Source: Prorocentrum cordatum (lineage: Eukaryota). From it: a DNA stretch of 64,000 nucleotides. The notes beneath the pieces were generated by a model. That model was not told the origin of the DNA. It saw only the letters and a program-made list of their open reading frames with translations, and made no database searches. The stretch's first letter is position 1. Each line of letters begins with the position of its first letter. The stretch covers positions 1 to 64,000 of the forward strand of contig CAUYUJ010000006.1 in the NCBI GenBank assembly GCA_963575745.1, read 5' to 3'. Below, piece by piece: positions 59,161 through 64,000 of the stretch. A program made the position numbers and the translations under genes.

Positions 59161-60959
59161 ACTACATCGCGAGGGCTCCACCAGAGGAGGCCCCTGATAA
59201 TTTGGCCGAGGAGGGGCGGGCCGAGCCAGCTCGTTCGCCATCTTGGGGGCAGCTCGTGGAAGAGACGGCTCCAGTGATGTGGGCCCCGTGATGGGCCCAG
59301 TGATGTGGACCCGATGATGTGGGCCCGTTACGGCGGCGGCTCTGCAGGTGAAGCGAACGCGCCGACCGCTGCCGCGCTGCGCTCCCATGGGCGGCGCGCG
59401 GCGAGGGTGCGGCAATCCTGGAGGTGGGCGTGGCTTGGGCGCCCTGTGCCCAGGCGCGGAGGCCGGCGACCTGGCGCCCGGCCCGAGGGCGCGTGGCGGC
59501 CGCGGGGCGGCGCCAGGTCCGACAGGGCCGTCGCCCGCGACCCTGGGGGGCCCTGCCGCGCCGTCCGCCACTCCGAGGATGCTTGCGCTCGCTCGTTTGC
59601 CCCTGTCTGATGGAGGGGGCGGCGCTCCGCCCGAGGGGCCGTGGTGCGCCCGCTCAGCGGGGCGAGCCTGGCTGTCGAGGGTGGGTGGAGGCCGAGCGTG
59701 TCCGTGTGGCCGCGAGGGCGCTGCCCAAGCGCAGGGCGCGCTGGGCCCCGCGGCGAGAGGGGCGCGAGCTGGCGCGCGGCTTCGAGCCGGCTGCCGACCC
59801 GGGCGGCCCCGCGCGAGCAGGCTTGGGGCCCGACCTGAGCCGCGACCGCGCTGTTGACATGGTGTGCGTATATGGTTGCAGGCCTGGCTTCAGCGCCCGG
59901 AGGCGCCGCGGCGAGGGGCGCCGTGCGCCGCCGGGGGGGGGGCGAATCTGGAGGGCCTGGTGGCCGACGAGCCTGGCGGTCGAGCAAGAGCCGCGATCTC
60001 TCTCTCCTTCCGGCTGGGGGCGACATTGTCCTGATCGCGATCCACTGTGGGGCCGAGCTCGCGCGGCTGAGCATCAGTGCTGCCGGCGAAAGTGGCCTGT
60101 GGGTCTAGTCGGTGATTGGCGCCATTCTTCGTGATTGCTCTCGTTCGCGGCGCCCGCTCACCGATGGCGCGCCCAAGGGTGTCACCCCCTGTCACCCGCG
60201 GGCCCGGCTCGCCAGGGTCTTCTCCTTAGCGTGCGGGCGTTGTCTCGTCCTGGCTGGTCGCCGCGTGACCTCGGGCTGGCCAGCGGGTGCCTGCCCCTCC
60301 GAGCCCGTGTCGCGGTCGGTGCATGGGCGAGGGCCCGCGCCATCCGCGGATTCGCGGCTGTCCCGGCATCCTCTTCTCCTGGGCGCGCCAGTGCCAGGCC
60401 TGTGTTTCTCAGGCGCCAGGCGCCCCCCCGCCCTCTCGGCGTGGGGTCGGTGGCGGAGGCGAGGCGGGCGGGGGGATGGGGCTCCGGCCCTGGTGCGGCG
60501 AGGCAGGGCAGTTGCCTCTCGTTGCGCTCAGTGCAGCCCGCCGCCTTTCTGCCTGGCCGCCAGCGGCGCGGGGCCCGTGCGCGGCCCCGCCGTCGCCCGC
60601 TGTCGGCCGGCCCGCCGCGGGGGCGGGCCCGCTCCCATTGTCTGCCGGGGGGGCGCTTGGGCTGCTTGCCGCTCCGCCTCTGCCCTTTCGGGGTGTGGGC
60701 GTTCTCATGGGGTGGCCCCGAGCCAGCGCGCCCGTTCCCGCCGCCAGGTGCCGTTGTTCCCGTTTGGTGGCTTGGGGGGTTCCTCGTTCCAGAGGGACCG
60801 CCCAGGATCTGCAGACTTGGGCGGGATCACCTACCCAGCCTGCGGAGCGCGTGGCCGCGTTACCAAAAGTACCCTCGTCCTTCTCCGTTCTCGTTTTTGC
60901 CTCCTCTCCTCCTCTTTTTTTCCCTTGAGTGCGTACGCGCTCACGTAACCAAAATATCC

Positions 60960-61305
60960 AGGCGAAGGACCCAACAATACGGAGTTGTGAGTACCGCGTT
61001 CTGGCTACCGCTTCTGGTGGAGCTCCTGTTGGGGCCATGAAGCGCGTGAGGGGTGGTTGGGCCGAGTTGGGTGCGGTGGTGCCATACGGGCCATGAAACG
61101 TGTAAGTAGTGTGCCAGAGCGGACGCGTCGGTGCCATGCGAACGCAGCCGTTGCGGCCTTCGGCGGGGCTCCCTATGGAGCCGCGAAACGTGTGAGGTGT
61201 GTGACGAAACGGGCGCGGCGATGGCATGCGAACGCAACCACACGGGTCTTCGGTGGAGCTCCCTATGCGGCCACCAAGAGTGTGAGGGGTGTGCCGACAC
61301 AAAAG
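60960..61305. repeat. Inverted, diverged copy of the 90-bp repeat element (about 3 units plus conserved flank)
   Basis: Translates as AFGGAPYGAAKRVR on +. Flank GGCGAAGGACCCAAC..GAGTACCGC matches the reverse complement of 48191-48227. Confidence 0.8.
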
Positions 61306-61309
61306 CATA

Positions 61310-62500
61310 CGGAGGAGTTAGGGATGACCTGGAGGAGGAGAGGAGAGATGAAGGAGTGAAGAGAGAGAGCAGGGAGGAATGAGGAGGATTAGGATGATGA
61401 TAATGAAGGTGATGATGAGGATGATGATAATTGTGATGGTGATGATGATGATATTGTTAATGATGATACTGATGCTGATGAGGATGCTGATTACGATGAT
61501 GCTGATGATGATGATGATGATGATGTTGATGATGAGGAGGAAGATGAGGAGGATGAGGAGGAGAGTAGTGATGGTGATGATGCTGCTGCTGATGATGATG
61601 GTGGTGGTGATGATGATGCTGCTGCTGACGATGAGGATGATGATAAAGCTGATGAGGATGGTGATGCTGATGATGATGGTGATGATGATTATGATGATGG
61701 TGATTTGTGATGTTGGTCTTGATGATGCTGCTGATGATGATGCTAATGATAATGCTGACGATGATGCTGTTGATGATGATTACTATGCTGATGCTGCTGC
61801 CGCTGATGCTGCTGATGATGCTGCTGCTGATGATGAGGCTGATGCTGATGATGCTGACGATGATGCTGATGATGAAGATTCTGATGACGATGATGCTGAT
61901 GATGCTGATGATTATGATTATCATGATGATGCCGATGGTGGTGATGATGATGACGATGATGATGACGATGATGATGATCATGCTGGCGATGATGAGGATG
62001 CTGATGATGATGATGCTGAATAGGATGATGATGATGCTGATGATGATGATGCTGACGATGGTGATTATGACGATGATTTTAATGATGCTGATGCTGATGA
62101 TTATGCTGATGCTGCTGATGATGATTAGGAGGAGGAGGAGGAGGAAGACGAGGATCATGCGAAGAATGAGGAGGCGTATCAATACTAATAAACATAGTAA
62201 GACTACGACTACTAATAATAAACATAATAATAATAGTAGTAATACTAATAGTAATAATAATAATAGTAATAATAATATTAATAATAATATTAATAATAAT
62301 AACAACAATAAGAACAATAACATTAATATCATTACTATCAATAGAGTACTGGCCAATACAATAATGCAATTGAACATACTGGCAACACTAACCATCATAG
62401 TAATAATAGTAATAATGTCAATACAAATAATACGATTAAGAATAATCTTACTACTTATTGTATTTCTATTAATTTTATTTCTATTAATAATGCTAATCGG
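61310..62500. repeat. Compound trinucleotide low-complexity tract (GAG > GAT/GCT > AAT)
   Basis: Seen directly; produces the poly-M/D/H/I/N pseudo-ORFs. Confidence 0.95.
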
Positions 62501-64000
62501 GGGTGGACAGAACCCCCAACAGTGACACGTAGATTAGTGCATTGTCCTTTTTCGGTACTCGAGAGGGCGCCGTTGCCGTTATTTTCCAGTCTTGCGCCCG
62601 CCAGGTTTGGGCCTCAGGTCGTTTTCACTAACCACGTTTTGCTAAAGGGGGGTCTGTCCATCCCCGAGTTAATCAGCAACACATGAATACTAACAATAAT
62701 CATAAGGAGGAGGAGGAGGAAGAGCAGGAGGAGTTGGAGCAGGAATGGTTGGGAATAGTACAGCTTAGCTTTTGCAATCCCGCGTGACACAAATGCTCGG
62801 AGACGGCGGTACATCTTCCAGACAGAGTCAGGGGATAGTATACTATTCATGCTGTGCAATTCTGGAATCAGGGGGGACGTGGGGGGGAAGGAGTTGGCGG
62901 CGAGAAGGGAGGGGAGGAATGAGGGCAATGAAACGCAGGCCGTCACGCGCTTCGGCTCCGCCAGTCGGTGATCCCTCCTCTGCAGCATAGGCGCCTGTCT
63001 TGGAGGAGGCGGCGCGGGCTGTGGAGGTAGGGAGGTCGCCGGCCGTGCGCGACCTGACCCAGGCCCACTGAGAGGGATATGGGGGGCAGGAGGACTCGGG
63101 CGAGGACGAGGGCATGGCCGTCTCGGTGCTGAAGGTGATCAGAGGGGGCGGCTGCGCGTTCCAGGACAAGGTGGAGGGCTCCACCCCGCGTCGCCGGCCT
63201 TGCCGTCGACGTGCGCGTACGGGCCGCGCCGTGGCTTTTCAGGACCTTGCCTGGAGCAGCCGTCCTCTGCGGCCCGCCTCTTGAGGTGGCAGTGGTGCTC
63301 TGCGCTCCACTTCCCTCGGAGGAGCGAGGAGACGTCGTCACAATGAGGTGCCCCAGCATGTTCGAGATTTCCAGCGTTTCCGCGATCTCCTGCTTGTTCC
63401 GCGCGGGCTGCGGAGACGAGGAACTCCAGAATCTCCGCCACGTGGCCTGAGCCAACCGTGCCTCGGGGGCCCCGAAACGGTTTGGTGACCACGCCGCGTG
63501 GTGAGGCAGTGGAGATTCGGGGTCTCCCGACGGTTTTGGGACTCGGCTCGGTCTCCGAGGACGTCTCGGGCGACTGTGGCCTCCAGGGTCCCAGAACCGT
63601 GCGGTGGCGGGCCGCGTGGTGAGGTCGCAGGGGATCCTGAGTTCACCATGCGGTCCGTCACCACACGGCTTTGGGGCACCGAAGTGTCGTGGCGTCCGTC
63701 TCGTTCGCCTCCACTCCCCGCAGCGGTGCCGCGCAGCCCCCCGCCTCTGCCTGCGGCGGGGCGGCGCCCCTGGCGTGCCTCGCCTGTGCCGCGCGCGAGC
63801 TCGGCACCCAAGCTGGGCCGAGAAGCTGGAGTCCGCCCCCCTCTACGCGCTCGTCTTGGCGCTCAGGCAGCGGGCTGGCCCTCCTCTTCCTCGTCCTCCT
63901 CGGTCTCTTCGTTTCTGGAGGATCTAGATGGGTACAGCAAGGGTGGTGACGAAGACCGACAGCAGTTCCTGTCCATTTTGGACGGGCCTTGCTGTCGATG

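Noticed and set aside
61379..62525. Poly-Met/Asp/His/Ile ORFs
   Set aside because: Microsatellite translations.
62930..64000. Host gene in the GC-rich terminal segment
   Set aside because: Only short overlapping ORFs with no recognisable domain; it may be another decayed element but I cannot support a call.

Overview
Eukaryotic, repeat-dominated window with no recognisable host gene, RNA gene or CRISPR array. Motif style suggests a GC-rich protist such as a dinoflagellate or alga; this is an impression, not a determination. (1) 1-37.6 kb is a co-oriented, nested pile of non-autonomous elements with Helitron2/Helentron-like ends: a 5' T, short asymmetric inverted repeats, a 3' hairpin, and insertion in front of TT with no target duplication. 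At least four families (A-D) occur; family A carries 178-bp internal tandem repeats. Older copies on both strands continue to about 48.9 kb. No RepHel gene is visible. (2) Four retro-insertions sit in the 3' termini of those elements, three of them at the same position of the hairpin (before AACxxGGTTGA). (3) Two of these insertions encode diverged non-LTR proteins whose C-terminal RNase H motifs are in circularly permuted order; one also has a full RT with a WADN motif. (4) 46-64 kb holds a 90-bp satellite-carrying element family, a 65-bp-arm palindrome, microsatellite tracts and decayed DIRS-like retroelement remnants. Most ORFs in the supplied track are incidental readings of repeats.
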